Assembly: GCA_965214095.1 (NCBI GenBank) | Contig: OZ243938.1 | Location: forward strand, 4,320,001-4,384,000 | Direction of reading: 5' to 3' | DNA length: 64,000 nt | From: Candidatus Poribacteria bacterium | GTDB taxonomy: Bacteria > Poribacteria > WGA-4E > WGA-3G | Shown here: positions 40,188-50,246 of the stretch, one piece after another | How the letters are laid out: each line of letters begins with the position of its first letter | Numbering within the stretch: the stretch's first letter is position 1 | Notes under the pieces: model-generated | Databases searched by the model: none | What the model saw: only the letters and a program-made list of their open reading frames with translations | What the model was told of the DNA's origin: nothing | Translations under genes and position numbers: made by a program

Positions 40188-41411
40188 ATGCAAAAGAAAC
40201 AACCATCAAATCCACCAGCACGTAATCAGTTCATCTTTCTCACATTCACACATACCATCCTTGACTCTTACGCTACCCTATTTCCACATATACTTCCATT
40301 TATATTGGATAGGTTTGCTTCCGAAGCTAATCGGAATAGTTTTACTGGCGTGCTCATTTCAATTTATAGTATTTTCAGTTCGCTCGGACAGATATTGTTC
40401 GGATGGCTTTCCGATAGGTTTCGTTCAGTTTATTTTATAACATTCGGCGTTGCATTCACTGCAATTGGCTTAAGTCTTGTGGGGATTGCCCCATCAGTAT
40501 GGATTGTCTTTATTTTGTTAGCTCTTGGTGGATTAGGCGTTGCGGCATTCCATCCACAAGCGACTACCTATGCGGGAGCACTCGCAGCGGAAACACGAGG
40601 TATGGGTATCGCAATTTTCCTCACTGGCGGGAATATCGGCCGCGCTCTGGGACCTCTGCTCCTATTAGTGTTACCATATTTTTATGAGGATTTAAACTAT
40701 CTTGCATGGGAAATGCAAATCGGGATACTTGTGGCTATACTGGTACCCATAGTATTAGATTTTGATGATGAACTTGATCTTACAGCATCAGCACGGGTGC
40801 TATCAGACGAAGAAAAAACAGGTCGTCAATCATTTTGGCGTGTTGCAAATCCACACCTTCTTCCACTCATTGTCCTATTTATTATCGCTTCCCTCAGAAC
40901 TGTCACAATTGCAGGTTTAGAGAACTTTCTTTCTGTTTACCTAAAAGATCTTAACTATTCTAATTGGAATCGCTCGTTAGTTATCGGAGTCTTTATCTTT
41001 GCTGGGTCTATGGGTATCATGGGAAGTGGGTGGTTATTGTCCAAAATCAACACTTTGGTATTATTGCTGTTATCGCTTGTTTTAGCACCACCATTACTCT
41101 TGGCATCCCTTCATACAGATGGTATCATCTTCCTTGTGTTGCTCTTTTTAGGTAATATGGTTCTTACAAGTTCAGTTACAATCAACATTATATTGGCGCA
41201 AATGATGTTGCGGGGTCATGAGAGTATCGCAGCAAGTTTTATGATGGGTGCTTCATGGGGTGTTGGTGGGTTGTTGAATTTAATTGTTGGTGAATTGGGT
41301 GATAAATATGGATTACCTATTGTGCTTGATGGTTTGGTAATGGTCCCTCTCCTCATCTCTCCATTGATACTTATATTGCAAAAGCAACCGGATTTATCAA
41401 AAACAGAATGA
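40188..41411 (+). CDS. MFS transporter (Fsr-like)
   Basis: About 12 TM segments, GWLSDRF, AAFHP. Confidence 0.88.
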   Translation: MQKKQPSNPPARNQFIFLTFTHTILDSYATLFPHILPFILDRFASEANRNSFTGVLISIYSIFSSLGQILFGWLSDRFRSVYFITFGVAFTAIGLSLVGIAPSVWIVFILLALGGLGVAAFHPQATTYAGALAAETRGMGIAIFLTGGNIGRALGPLLLLVLPYFYEDLNYLAWEMQIGILVAILVPIVLDFDDELDLTASARVLSDEEKTGRQSFWRVANPHLLPLIVLFIIASLRTVTIAGLENFLSVYLKDLNYSNWNRSLVIGVFIFAGSMGIMGSGWLLSKINTLVLLLLSLVLAPPLLLASLHTDGIIFLVLLFLGNMVLTSSVTINIILAQMMLRGHESIAASFMMGASWGVGGLLNLIVGELGDKYGLPIVLDGLVMVPLLISPLILILQKQPDLSKTE

Positions 41412-41413
41412 GA

Positions 41414-42493
41414 TTAGAATGTCCATAGGACACTCAAGAAATGGGTGTTAATAAGATCACCGATGAGAAGCGCGTAATCAAGACTGAACTGATTGAGTTG
41501 TAGACCGACCCCGCTTGTCAACCGACTGTCACGCATACCTATTCGTATCGCTAACGGTTGCGTAAGTTCATATTCTATTCCCACATGTGATTGTCCACCA
41601 TAACGTTCCTGCCATTGATAAGAAATGACACATTCTCGATTGAAAATGAGTTTAGTAAAATATGCAATCCCGATATTCAGATTTGCAGGAATTGATTCTT
41701 TATCAGCAGTAGCGGTATTCCAGGTTAGGGTGGTCTGAGATATGTCTTGCACATTCACACCGAGGGCAAATCCGCCTGCATTTGCGAGACCGAATAGTGC
41801 ATTCATATCTGGTAGTCGGATTAGCATTCCGGCATCAAAACCGTATCCTGTGCTACCGTAGTTGTGGAATAGAGACGTTACATCATCAAGTTCACCAACC
41901 CCACTGAATCTTTGATAGATGCCTTTTACATTTATGCCGAACAGGAATTCCGGAGGGATTGAATCTCTTCCGAAGTTGTCCCACCAAGATTGACTGACGG
42001 CAAAGCGCGTTGCCAGTGAAAGCACAAAAGCATTTTCGCTATCATTTAGATACCCGGATGGAGTGAAATCTTGTTCTGTTGGTCGGTATCTTGGGTTGTT
42101 TTTGCGTTGGTCAGCACTGATTGCTGGATCAAAAGCGGGTACGTCATAATAGATTGGAATATCATCAATCCCTGCTCTAATCCATGACAAACCGACTGTT
42201 ACATAAGGTAAAAAATTGCCTGTTCCACTGATGTAACTAAAAGTCCCTAAACCTGAACGTCTTGCGGCATGCATCAAACAGACTTGATAATTGTGAGTTC
42301 CTCCGGCAATTCCCGCAGGATTCCAATAGGTTGCAGTTGCATCGTCAGCAATACCAACATACGCACCGCCAAGTCCAAGTGCGCGTGCACCGATACCGTT
42401 TGTCAGAAAATCACCTGTGTAATTCTCTGCATAGGTGGGTAATGTGACAAACAAACTGCATATAATTATGAGAAAGAGATTTCGTTTAGACAA
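41414..42493 (-). CDS. PorV/PorQ-like (UPF0164) outer-membrane beta-barrel
   Basis: Signal peptide, FLTNGIGARALGLGGAYVGIADDATATYWNPAG, terminal aromatic residue; TTG start. Confidence 0.8.
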   Translation of the reverse strand: MSKRNLFLIIICSLFVTLPTYAENYTGDFLTNGIGARALGLGGAYVGIADDATATYWNPAGIAGGTHNYQVCLMHAARRSGLGTFSYISGTGNFLPYVTVGLSWIRAGIDDIPIYYDVPAFDPAISADQRKNNPRYRPTEQDFTPSGYLNDSENAFVLSLATRFAVSQSWWDNFGRDSIPPEFLFGINVKGIYQRFSGVGELDDVTSLFHNYGSTGYGFDAGMLIRLPDMNALFGLANAGGFALGVNVQDISQTTLTWNTATADKESIPANLNIGIAYFTKLIFNRECVISYQWQERYGGQSHVGIEYELTQPLAIRIGMRDSRLTSGVGLQLNQFSLDYALLIGDLINTHFLSVLWTF

Positions 42494-42616
42494 AAGTCAT
42501 TGTTCCTTGATGTGTTTTTGTTTTTGTAAATAGTTCAGATATGATAGGCGTTATGAATATAGGACCTATTCTGAATAATAATGTAGCACTAAATGATTTG
42601 TAACAAAACTTACAAT

Positions 42617-42719
42617 TATAGTGAATTATAAATATAAGTTGACACTTTCGTCCCACGGTAGGCGAGGTTTCCTAACCTCGCCGATGCAGAGTGTTCAAGT
42701 AATTTCAAAATCTACTATA
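42617..42719. mobile_element. MITE family B copy 3
   Basis: 103-bp copy with TATAGT...ACTATA ends. Confidence 0.85.
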
Positions 42720-42770
42720 ATGAAACATGTTGTCCCAATTGCATATTCATATCTATATTGAGTAATATCC

Positions 42771-42795
42771 GAGGCGGAATGAATTGCGCGACTAC
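42771..42795 (-). repeat. GTAG-type REP-like hairpin, family C copy 3
   Basis: Reverse complement reads GTAGTCGCGCAATTCATTCCGCCTC. Confidence 0.65.
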
Positions 42796-42877
42796 TAACC
42801 AACTATTTGTTCAATTAGGTTCAAGTGCACCCAATCCTGTTTGCGGTACTCAGAAAAGAATACAATAGACGAATACA

Positions 42878-43309
42878 TCACCCCACACTAAATGTCTCAG
42901 AGTAGCCGTTCACATCTATTGTATAGTCCCCTGCTCTACAGTATCCAAGAAAAATCATATCAATATAATATGGACTGGCAATAGAACATTCAACGTTACC
43001 TCCCATTATTGTCTGTTTGATCTCAATAAAAATTGTATCACCATCCGAAAAAATTGGGTATCTATCAAACACATGAGGCATAATATCAGGATCTATCTCG
43101 TAGTTTTCAATACAGTTATCCCCTGATAGTGTGCCAACAACCAAAAGTGAAATGGCAAAAACTTCCGGCGCGTCCGGTAGGTCTATTGCTGTTGCAATTA
43201 CTTCAACGTCTTTAATGGGCATCAATTCTATTACATCTCGGTTACATCCCATAAGATTTGCTGTGATTAAGAGAGTTAAACCTATAAATGAGAGTATAGA
43301 ATTTCGCAT
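42878..43309 (-). CDS. Hypothetical lipoprotein
   Basis: Signal peptide with LMGC lipobox; beta-rich, ends GDYTIDVNG. Confidence 0.7.
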   Translation of the reverse strand: MRNSILSFIGLTLLITANLMGCNRDVIELMPIKDVEVIATAIDLPDAPEVFAISLLVVGTLSGDNCIENYEIDPDIMPHVFDRYPIFSDGDTIFIEIKQTIMGGNVECSIASPYYIDMIFLGYCRAGDYTIDVNGYSETFSVG

Positions 43310-43387
43310 AATTTATGCTATTTCACTGTGTTTGTTGATAGTAATCTTCAACCATTAGTAGCAATATCCACATATTTTCATCAATTC

Positions 43388-44251
43388 TTATACGCGATTG
43401 AGTTCAAAATCGTTCCAATAATATTGATATTTTTTTGATTTCCATCCTTTATAGATTTCGTCCCATTGCATTCGGTTAAAGTGCGGTAAGAGGGAGCCTT
43501 CAGTCACGGGTTGTGAACATCCTTGGTAGCGATAATCTACAGATAAGCGAATCCTGTCTGATGTTTGATTTGGCAATGCCTTGTGTACAGTATGGCTATG
43601 AAAGAACATCGCATCTCCAATTTCGTAATCACCAGAAACCCAATGTAACCCATCAGTTTCTAAAGGTTCGGTGTCAATGCCAAGTCCTCCTGCCCCGAAT
43701 GCAGGTTGGACAGGATAGATGCCAGACCGATGCGAACCTACCAATACTGTCAATCCTCCAAAATACGTCGGACAATCACCAAGCGGTATCCAACCGGTAT
43801 AGGTTTCTTCTGTTCCACGGATATGGATAAAATCTTGGTGTGCAGGTGTTGTATATTTAGTGTTTTCTGGGAACATAATTCTTCCAATATTCCGAGGATG
43901 CACCAGGGTTTTTTCTCCAAACAATTTGTCACACATATTTATAATTGCTGGGTGATGTGCAAAAGCATGGAACGATTCCAACGATTGAAACTCGTCTAAC
44001 ACAGGCCAATATCCGTCGTCACCCTCCATATATGGACCTCCTATGCGGATTCCCTCCATCAGTGAATCTCCTCCCTGTGCCCATCCATGTTGGTGACATA
44101 TCTCTAAGAAATCTCGTCGTAAATTTAGAATTGAATCTGAATCTATCAACCCCTTAAAGTATAGATACCCATCTTGTTTTGCCCGTTCTTGAAGTTGTTC
44201 TGGTTGATTTAATAGTTCGTTTGATATTGTAAAAGATTCTATCCTTGCCAT
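43388..44251 (-). CDS. PhyH family Fe/2OG oxygenase
   Basis: PAHQD, GSH, HKALPN, RLSVDYR. Confidence 0.9.
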   Translation of the reverse strand: MARIESFTISNELLNQPEQLQERAKQDGYLYFKGLIDSDSILNLRRDFLEICHQHGWAQGGDSLMEGIRIGGPYMEGDDGYWPVLDEFQSLESFHAFAHHPAIINMCDKLFGEKTLVHPRNIGRIMFPENTKYTTPAHQDFIHIRGTEETYTGWIPLGDCPTYFGGLTVLVGSHRSGIYPVQPAFGAGGLGIDTEPLETDGLHWVSGDYEIGDAMFFHSHTVHKALPNQTSDRIRLSVDYRYQGCSQPVTEGSLLPHFNRMQWDEIYKGWKSKKYQYYWNDFELNRV

Positions 44252-44422
44252 ATTTTACCTCAATAGTTAAGGAGGTTTCTATTCGTAGATGTTATATCTG
44301 TAATTATAGCAATTAAACATCAGGAGTGCAAATCATATCAATTGTGTGTGTTATGATAATTCTTCACCATAATTTTCAGAATATGCTACAATCCTAACAA
44401 TCCATTGATGAGGAGGAATGAT

Positions 44423-45604
44423 ATGCTTAGTATAAAACATATTGAAACATTCACATTGAATGTACCGTTTTATTGTGATCGTGTCAGTCGGCACATGTAC
44501 CGTGCTTTAACACACGGTGAACGCGTTTGTGTCTACCGAGTGGAACTTAGTAATTCAGAGATTGGATATGGTGAAAACTTATCTGATGAGTCTGGCAATA
44601 TTGAACGTTTGATTGGACAAAACCCGTTCGCTTGTATGAATGATGATGGTGTTGGTTTCGGTATTCAGATGGCACTGTACGATGCAGTTGGGAAAAGTGT
44701 TGGCGTGTCTGTGTCAGATTTGATCGGTCCAAAAGCGCGGGATCGTAGTCCGATTTCATGGTGGGATATTGATATGCCACCGGAGGACTGGGTCGCAGAG
44801 GTGCAGGAATCTGTGAAGCGGGGTTATACTTCTGCAAAACTCAAAGCAAGACCTTGGCGTGATATATTTGCACAGGTTGATGCTGTTGGTAATGCTGTAC
44901 CCGATAACTACCGTCTTGACATTGACTTTAACGGTTTCCTCAGAACTGCGGATAATGCAATTCCAGTGCTACAAGAACTGGATAACCATCCGAATGTCGC
45001 AATCTATGAGAGTCCATTTTATCTTGGGACAGATTTGGAAGGTGCAGCGAGATTACAGGAAGCAGTAGAAAAAAGGATTGTAGAACACTGGAATGAAAAC
45101 TGTCTGCATGCACGTTGTTCTGGTGGATTTGTTGTCGGTGGTGGAGTAAACTCCCTACTACGTACGAATGCACTCTGTGCTTCGTTTGATCAACCGTTTT
45201 GGCTGCAGATGGTTGGGACAGGCATTACTACTGCCTATTGTGTGCATCTCGGTGCTGTGCTTTCACAAGCTGAATTGCCCGCAATTACATGCCACGAATT
45301 GTGGGAATCGGATCTACTTGCCAAACGACTTGAAGTTGTTGATGGGACTATTGAAGTTCCTGATAAACCCGGTTTGGGAGTTGATATAGACGAGGACGCA
45401 TTAAGAGAATATAGTGTTGACTCATCAACACCTACACCACAGCAGTTATTCCATCAGAGTGATTATACTTGTAGGGTACATATTCCAAATCCTGATGGTG
45501 GAGAGACAGTCCACGATTTTGAGAATGAAGGTGTGTACTATCCTGCGTTCAGTGAAGGAAAATATCCTGGATTTGTTCCCGGTGTTTGGATGGAGGTAGT
45601 TTAG
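44423..45604 (+). CDS. Mandelate racemase/muconate lactonizing enzyme (enolase superfamily)
   Basis: MALYDAVGK, KLK, DIDFN, ESP, PGLGVDID. Confidence 0.85.
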   Translation: MLSIKHIETFTLNVPFYCDRVSRHMYRALTHGERVCVYRVELSNSEIGYGENLSDESGNIERLIGQNPFACMNDDGVGFGIQMALYDAVGKSVGVSVSDLIGPKARDRSPISWWDIDMPPEDWVAEVQESVKRGYTSAKLKARPWRDIFAQVDAVGNAVPDNYRLDIDFNGFLRTADNAIPVLQELDNHPNVAIYESPFYLGTDLEGAARLQEAVEKRIVEHWNENCLHARCSGGFVVGGGVNSLLRTNALCASFDQPFWLQMVGTGITTAYCVHLGAVLSQAELPAITCHELWESDLLAKRLEVVDGTIEVPDKPGLGVDIDEDALREYSVDSSTPTPQQLFHQSDYTCRVHIPNPDGGETVHDFENEGVYYPAFSEGKYPGFVPGVWMEVV

Positions 45605-45624
45605 GGTCTTAGGTGAAATTTCGT

Positions 45625-45655
45625 AATGCTCCAGTTGTGATGTGGCTGGAGCATT
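45625..45655. terminator. Hairpin between convergent genes (probable bidirectional terminator)
   Basis: AATGCTCCAG-11 nt-CTGGAGCATT. Confidence 0.65.
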
Positions 45656-45657
45656 TA

Positions 45658-46566
45658 TTATGTAATTTCATCAAAATAATCTGAGTCTACTCGTTTGATT
45701 TCGTAAGTTTTGGTTGTAGAAACGCCAACATCATGCTCAATCATAAGTTCTGCCAGCCGAGTCCCATTGATAAGTACAATTTTTTTTGTGCTTCGTTCAG
45801 CAAAACGTTCAGCTGACTGATTAAAACCAGATGTTGTTATGAATACACCCTTCTGTGCACCTTTTCCATCTAATGCTCCTATAAAATCTCTAATTGGTGG
45901 TTCTCCAACATTTGCTTCCCACCGTTTTGCTTGAACGTAAATCACATCAAGACCGAGTCTGTCTTCGTTAATGACACCATCAATTCCACCATCTCCACTA
46001 CGTCCAACAGCTTCTGCATCCTCTCGTGAACCACCATAACCCATGGCTACTAAGAGATCAATAACAAGTTCCTCAAAGAAGGTTGAGGTGTTATTTTTTA
46101 TTTTATCCAAAAGCTCTGCTGCCAATTCTTCATGAATACTTTGGTAAATTCTGTCAATAGCCTCAATAGTATTCTCCTCTTCTGTTTGATCTTGAAATTG
46201 AACATCCTTTAGTTCTTCTTCTTGATTTGGATTTTCTCCTTCTTCTACAAGAAAGTATGGTTTCCTTTTTCCGTCAGGTTGTACCACTTTGCCTTTATCC
46301 TTGAGAGAGTGTAATGCGTCCCTAACCATGAAATAAAAGATATTGCTCCTATAAGGATTCTTCATCGTAGCAGCTTTTTGTGCCTCAGATAAATTGAAAT
46401 ACTCGGATAATCTATTTTTACACTCCTTTATCGTAATTCCTTCAGTAGGAAAATCAAGCTTAAGAATGGCATTACTTATTTCATCATTTGTTGGAAAATC
46501 TATAGTATATTCTTCATAAGTTTCATGATTATATGCATTTCTTGAGGTAGTTTTTATGTTATCCAT
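45658..46566 (-). CDS. mrr: Mrr-family type IV restriction endonuclease
   Basis: N-terminal winged-helix-like part; FEELVIDLL..MGYG, DGGIDG, VQAKRW, GVFITTS. Confidence 0.92.
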   Translation of the reverse strand: MDNIKTTSRNAYNHETYEEYTIDFPTNDEISNAILKLDFPTEGITIKECKNRLSEYFNLSEAQKAATMKNPYRSNIFYFMVRDALHSLKDKGKVVQPDGKRKPYFLVEEGENPNQEEELKDVQFQDQTEEENTIEAIDRIYQSIHEELAAELLDKIKNNTSTFFEELVIDLLVAMGYGGSREDAEAVGRSGDGGIDGVINEDRLGLDVIYVQAKRWEANVGEPPIRDFIGALDGKGAQKGVFITTSGFNQSAERFAERSTKKIVLINGTRLAELMIEHDVGVSTTKTYEIKRVDSDYFDEIT

Positions 46567-46720
46567 AATAATTCTCTTTTGGAAATTGAATATGTAAATA
46601 GTTTGACATAGGTTACATATTCTGTCAACAAGATTCTATCAAATGGTAGGCCTATTTTGTTGTATAAATTGCCAGTTGATGTGTTTTGCTAAGAGTTAGG
46701 TTGAATTGTAGCGATGCATA

Positions 46721-46787
46721 GTAGTAGGCACACGCCGTGTGCCGTAATTTCCTCTCAGGTGGACGGCACGCGGAGCGTGCCTACTAC
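46721..46787. repeat. REPIN-like inverted pair of GTAG REP hairpins (family D)
   Basis: GTAGTAGGCACACGCCGTGTGCCGT...ACGGCACGCGGAGCGTGCCTACTAC. Confidence 0.75.
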
Positions 46788-47038
46788 CATGATGGATTCG
46801 CAAAAAACATGATCTGCAATACATTAACGACTGTAAGAAGATGCATCAAAGATATTGAAAACGAAATTTCCTGTATCCAATGGTGTATGTGGGCATCTTG
46901 CTATGGTGTTCTGACAGAATCTCGGAAAGCACCGAGCATGTGGAGTTGGGGAATTATAGATGCTTCGCCGCGTTTTCAGTGCCTTCCGCGATTCTGCATA
47001 TCGTGGTTGAAAACCACTCCAACAATTAATATTTTACA

Positions 47039-47812
47039 TCAACTTTCACTATACAACCTCTCTATCACATCACATATATCCTGAGCATCCGCAAGATATT
47101 CATTCATTGTCTTTTCAATAAACTCCTCAGGAATTCCATGCATTGCTTCTGCGATTGCACCTGCAATTGCTCCAAGTGTGTCAGCATCGCCACCAATTGA
47201 TATTGCATTCCGGACAGCATCTTCATAACTCTCCGATTCCAACGCACAAATTATTGCTTGTGGGACAGTGCCCTGACAAGTCACGTCAAATGAGTAGTCA
47301 GGTCGTATATCGTCAACAGACATGGTTAAGTCATAAACGTATTCGTCTGCAATTACTTTGCGGATGTTCGTTGGACTTTCGTCTTGAAATGCCAGCCAGA
47401 TAGCATGTGTAGTTGCACGCGCCCCTTTCATGCCTTCAGGATGACTGTGGGTTATTTCAGTTACTTTATCGGATGCAGCAAGAGCAGCGTCTAGGTTATC
47501 ACGATTTAGGAATGCAGCGGGAGAAACACGCATCGCAGCACCGTTACCATAACTATTGTATGGTTCAGGAGGATCTTCATGAATCCATTGTGCAAACATA
47601 CCACCATAACCTCTGCCAGGATAATTTTGACACCATTTTTGCATCGTCTCTGCGGGTGGTAGGTCGTGCAATAATATATCCGCTACTGCTAATGTGCAAA
47701 CAGAATCATCTGTAAAAAAACACTCCTGAGTAAAGAATTCAAATTCTTTGGTTTTGATAGGTTCCCACTCATATATGGAACCAACAATATCTCCGATAAT
47801 TGCACCTATCAT
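47039..47812 (-). CDS. ADP-ribosylglycohydrolase family protein
   Basis: GAIIGD, FTDD, GNGAAMR, TH, GGDADT. Confidence 0.92.
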   Translation of the reverse strand: MIGAIIGDIVGSIYEWEPIKTKEFEFFTQECFFTDDSVCTLAVADILLHDLPPAETMQKWCQNYPGRGYGGMFAQWIHEDPPEPYNSYGNGAAMRVSPAAFLNRDNLDAALAASDKVTEITHSHPEGMKGARATTHAIWLAFQDESPTNIRKVIADEYVYDLTMSVDDIRPDYSFDVTCQGTVPQAIICALESESYEDAVRNAISIGGDADTLGAIAGAIAEAMHGIPEEFIEKTMNEYLADAQDICDVIERLYSES

Positions 47813-48022
47813 TTATTGCTCCTTTATTTCAATCTATGTATAGTAGTTTTAATTTTTATGTTTTATATAAATCTTTGACTTAGAGACTCATCCTACCCCC
47901 ATTATAATTATGCTGTCTTTTTATAGATTTGTCTATTTTATTTTTACCAATCATGAATATGGATCTTGTGATAAAATAGAGGATACCACACGTCAATTAT
48001 CTATATCAATTAGGAGAATAGA

Positions 48023-48862
48023 ATGAACGAAAAGCTTTTTGTTAGTCAAGAATTCACACCAGTCAACGGGTTCACATCAGGGATAGAAGGACCTGCATGT
48101 GATGCTGATGGCAACCTTTATGTCGTCAACTTTGATAGACAACATACAATCGGAAAAGTGACACCAGAAGGAGAAGCGAGTGTTTTCGTAGAATTGTCAA
48201 ACGGTAGCATCGGCAACGGTATCCGCTTCAATAGCGAAGGTTATATGTTCATAGCAGACTATACAAACCACAATGTTTTGAAAGTGGATATGGATACCCG
48301 TGAAATTAGCGTTCACGCACACGAGTCTGATATGAACCAACCGAATGACCTTGCTATCGGTGCAAATGATATTCTCTATGCGAGTGACCCGAATTGGGGT
48401 AATTCTACCGGACAGATTTGGCGAATTGATACGAATGGTCAGGTTACGTTATTGGAAGCGGATATGGGAACTACAAACGGAATTGAGGTGAGTCCAGATG
48501 AAAAGAGACTTTATGTCAATGAATCTGTGCAACGTAATGTATGGACTTATGACCTATCGCCTCATGGTGAGGTAAGCAATAAGCGACTATTAATTCAATT
48601 CCCCGATTTTGGTATGGATGGCATGCGGTGTGACATTGAGGGTAATCTGTATGTTACTCGACACGGTAAAGGCACGATTGCAAAACTGTCACCTGATGGT
48701 GAGGTGTTATTGGAAGTAGAGTTGACTGGGAAAAATTGCACAAACATTGCATTTGGTGGACCGGATGGGTGCACGTGCTATGTTACGATGGCGGATCGTG
48801 GGAATGTTGAGGTATTACGTGCTGACAAACCGGGTAGGAGTTGGAAGTTGTTCCAAAGGTAA
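48023..48862 (+). CDS. SMP-30/gluconolactonase family protein
   Basis: EGP, PNDL, NGIEVSPD, DGMRCD, TNIAFGG. Confidence 0.9.
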   Translation: MNEKLFVSQEFTPVNGFTSGIEGPACDADGNLYVVNFDRQHTIGKVTPEGEASVFVELSNGSIGNGIRFNSEGYMFIADYTNHNVLKVDMDTREISVHAHESDMNQPNDLAIGANDILYASDPNWGNSTGQIWRIDTNGQVTLLEADMGTTNGIEVSPDEKRLYVNESVQRNVWTYDLSPHGEVSNKRLLIQFPDFGMDGMRCDIEGNLYVTRHGKGTIAKLSPDGEVLLEVELTGKNCTNIAFGGPDGCTCYVTMADRGNVEVLRADKPGRSWKLFQR

Positions 48863-48887
48863 TTCGTTCTTGATGTTTTGTAAATTA

Positions 48888-48916
48888 TTGACAAATTTTG
48901 TGATTTGTGATAATCT
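48888..48916 (+). promoter_or_regulatory. Sigma70-type promoter
   Basis: TTGACA-17 nt-TAATCT with extended TG, upstream of GGAGG and the ATG at 48947. Confidence 0.55.
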
Positions 48917-49204
48917 TTCGTAAATATTTACAATTGGAGGTATATCATGAAACAATTCTGTCTTATTCTAGTCCTTGTCTTAATTTGTAGCACATTTGCA
49001 TCTGCAGATTTACTTGATGGTCTTGTGCTAAATATGCCACTTGATGAAGGAAATGGTAACGAGACAAAGGATATATCTGATAATGGGTTTACAGGTACAA
49101 TAATGGGTGCTGCCAAATGGGTTGAAGGTAAATTTGGTGATGCCTTGGAATTCAACGCGTCTGCAGATTTCGTTGAAATCGCTGATGACGATGCATTTCA
49201 TATT

Positions 49205-50246
49205 AGACATTATAATGATTTAGTTGCAAGTTTAGTTAACCTCTGTTATTCTAATTACAATCTTATAAATGGAGGTTTTCTCATTATCGTTTTTGAAGAT
49301 ATTAAGGACAAAGCTGATACGCTTCTATCTCTCACTGGATATACTTTAGAAGAGTTTACAAAACTATTACCTCATTTTTCTAAATGTTTTTTAGCTTATA
49401 TGGAAACACATACCCTTGATGGAAAACCGCGCATAAAACGGAGATATAAACCCTACAAGAATAGTTGTTTTGCTTCACATGAAGATATGTTGCTATTTAT
49501 ATTAATTTATCTTCATGAAGCTCCGAAACAGGTTCTATTCGGCACGCTCTTTGGTATGGCTCAACCTCTTGCGAATAAATGGATTCACTTGCTTTTACCG
49601 ATATTGAACACCGCATTAGCAGAACTTGAAGAGCTGCCATCTCGGGAAACAGTTCCCACATCTATGTGTGATACTTGTGAGGTATCAAGTCAAAGTCAAG
49701 ATAAAGCGTATTTTTTTTCATGATGGTATAGAACGGCGAATACGGCGTCCAAGAGACCCAGAAGCTCAAAAGGCATATTATAGCGGTAAAAAGAAATGTC
49801 ATACAGCAAAAAATAATCTGATTATCAATGAGAGCTGCAAAGTCGTCCTATTGACACCCTCTTTTGAAGGAAGACACCATGACAAATACATAGCTGATCA
49901 GGTGGGCTATTGTGTGCCCCCGGGAAGCACCTTGTATCAAGATACCGGTTTTCAGGGGTTCACTCTTCCTGATGTTCACATCGTTCAACCGAAGAAAAAA
50001 CCGAAAGGTGGAGAACTGACAGAAAAAGAAAAAGAAATCAATAGAAAGATAGCGTCTATACGCATACGTGTTGAACATGCCATTAGTGGTGTCAAAAGAT
50101 ACCGCATTGTCAAAGACAAACTCAGAAATTGGAAGAAAGGGTTTTGTGACTTAGTTATGGAAACCTGTTGTGGTTTACACAATTTTCGACTAAACTTCAG
50201 ACCCTGGTGTTATGAAACTCCTACTATTTAATTCATTATAATGTCT
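49205..50246 (+). mobile_element. Insertion sequence, 1042 bp, DDE_Tnp_4 / IS5-like
   Basis: 14-bp perfect TIR AGACATTATAATGA (17/18 when extended); 3-bp target duplication ATT at 49202-49204 and 50247-50249. Confidence 0.92.
49283..50231 (+). CDS. Transposase in two frames (HTH part and DDE part)
   Basis: LTGYTLEEF HTH part, then HDGIER, YYSGKKKCHT, DTGFQG, RIRVEHAI in the +1 frame; T8 run at 49711-49718. Confidence 0.85.

Noticed and set aside
46737-47084. 115-aa plus-strand ORF
   Set aside because: It starts inside a REPIN, has no RBS, has atypical Cys/Trp-rich composition and overlaps the convergent gene.
48947-49723. The 258-aa ORF as a native gene
   Set aside because: It is a chimera of the LamG N-terminus and IS sequence, as shown by the TIR and TSD.
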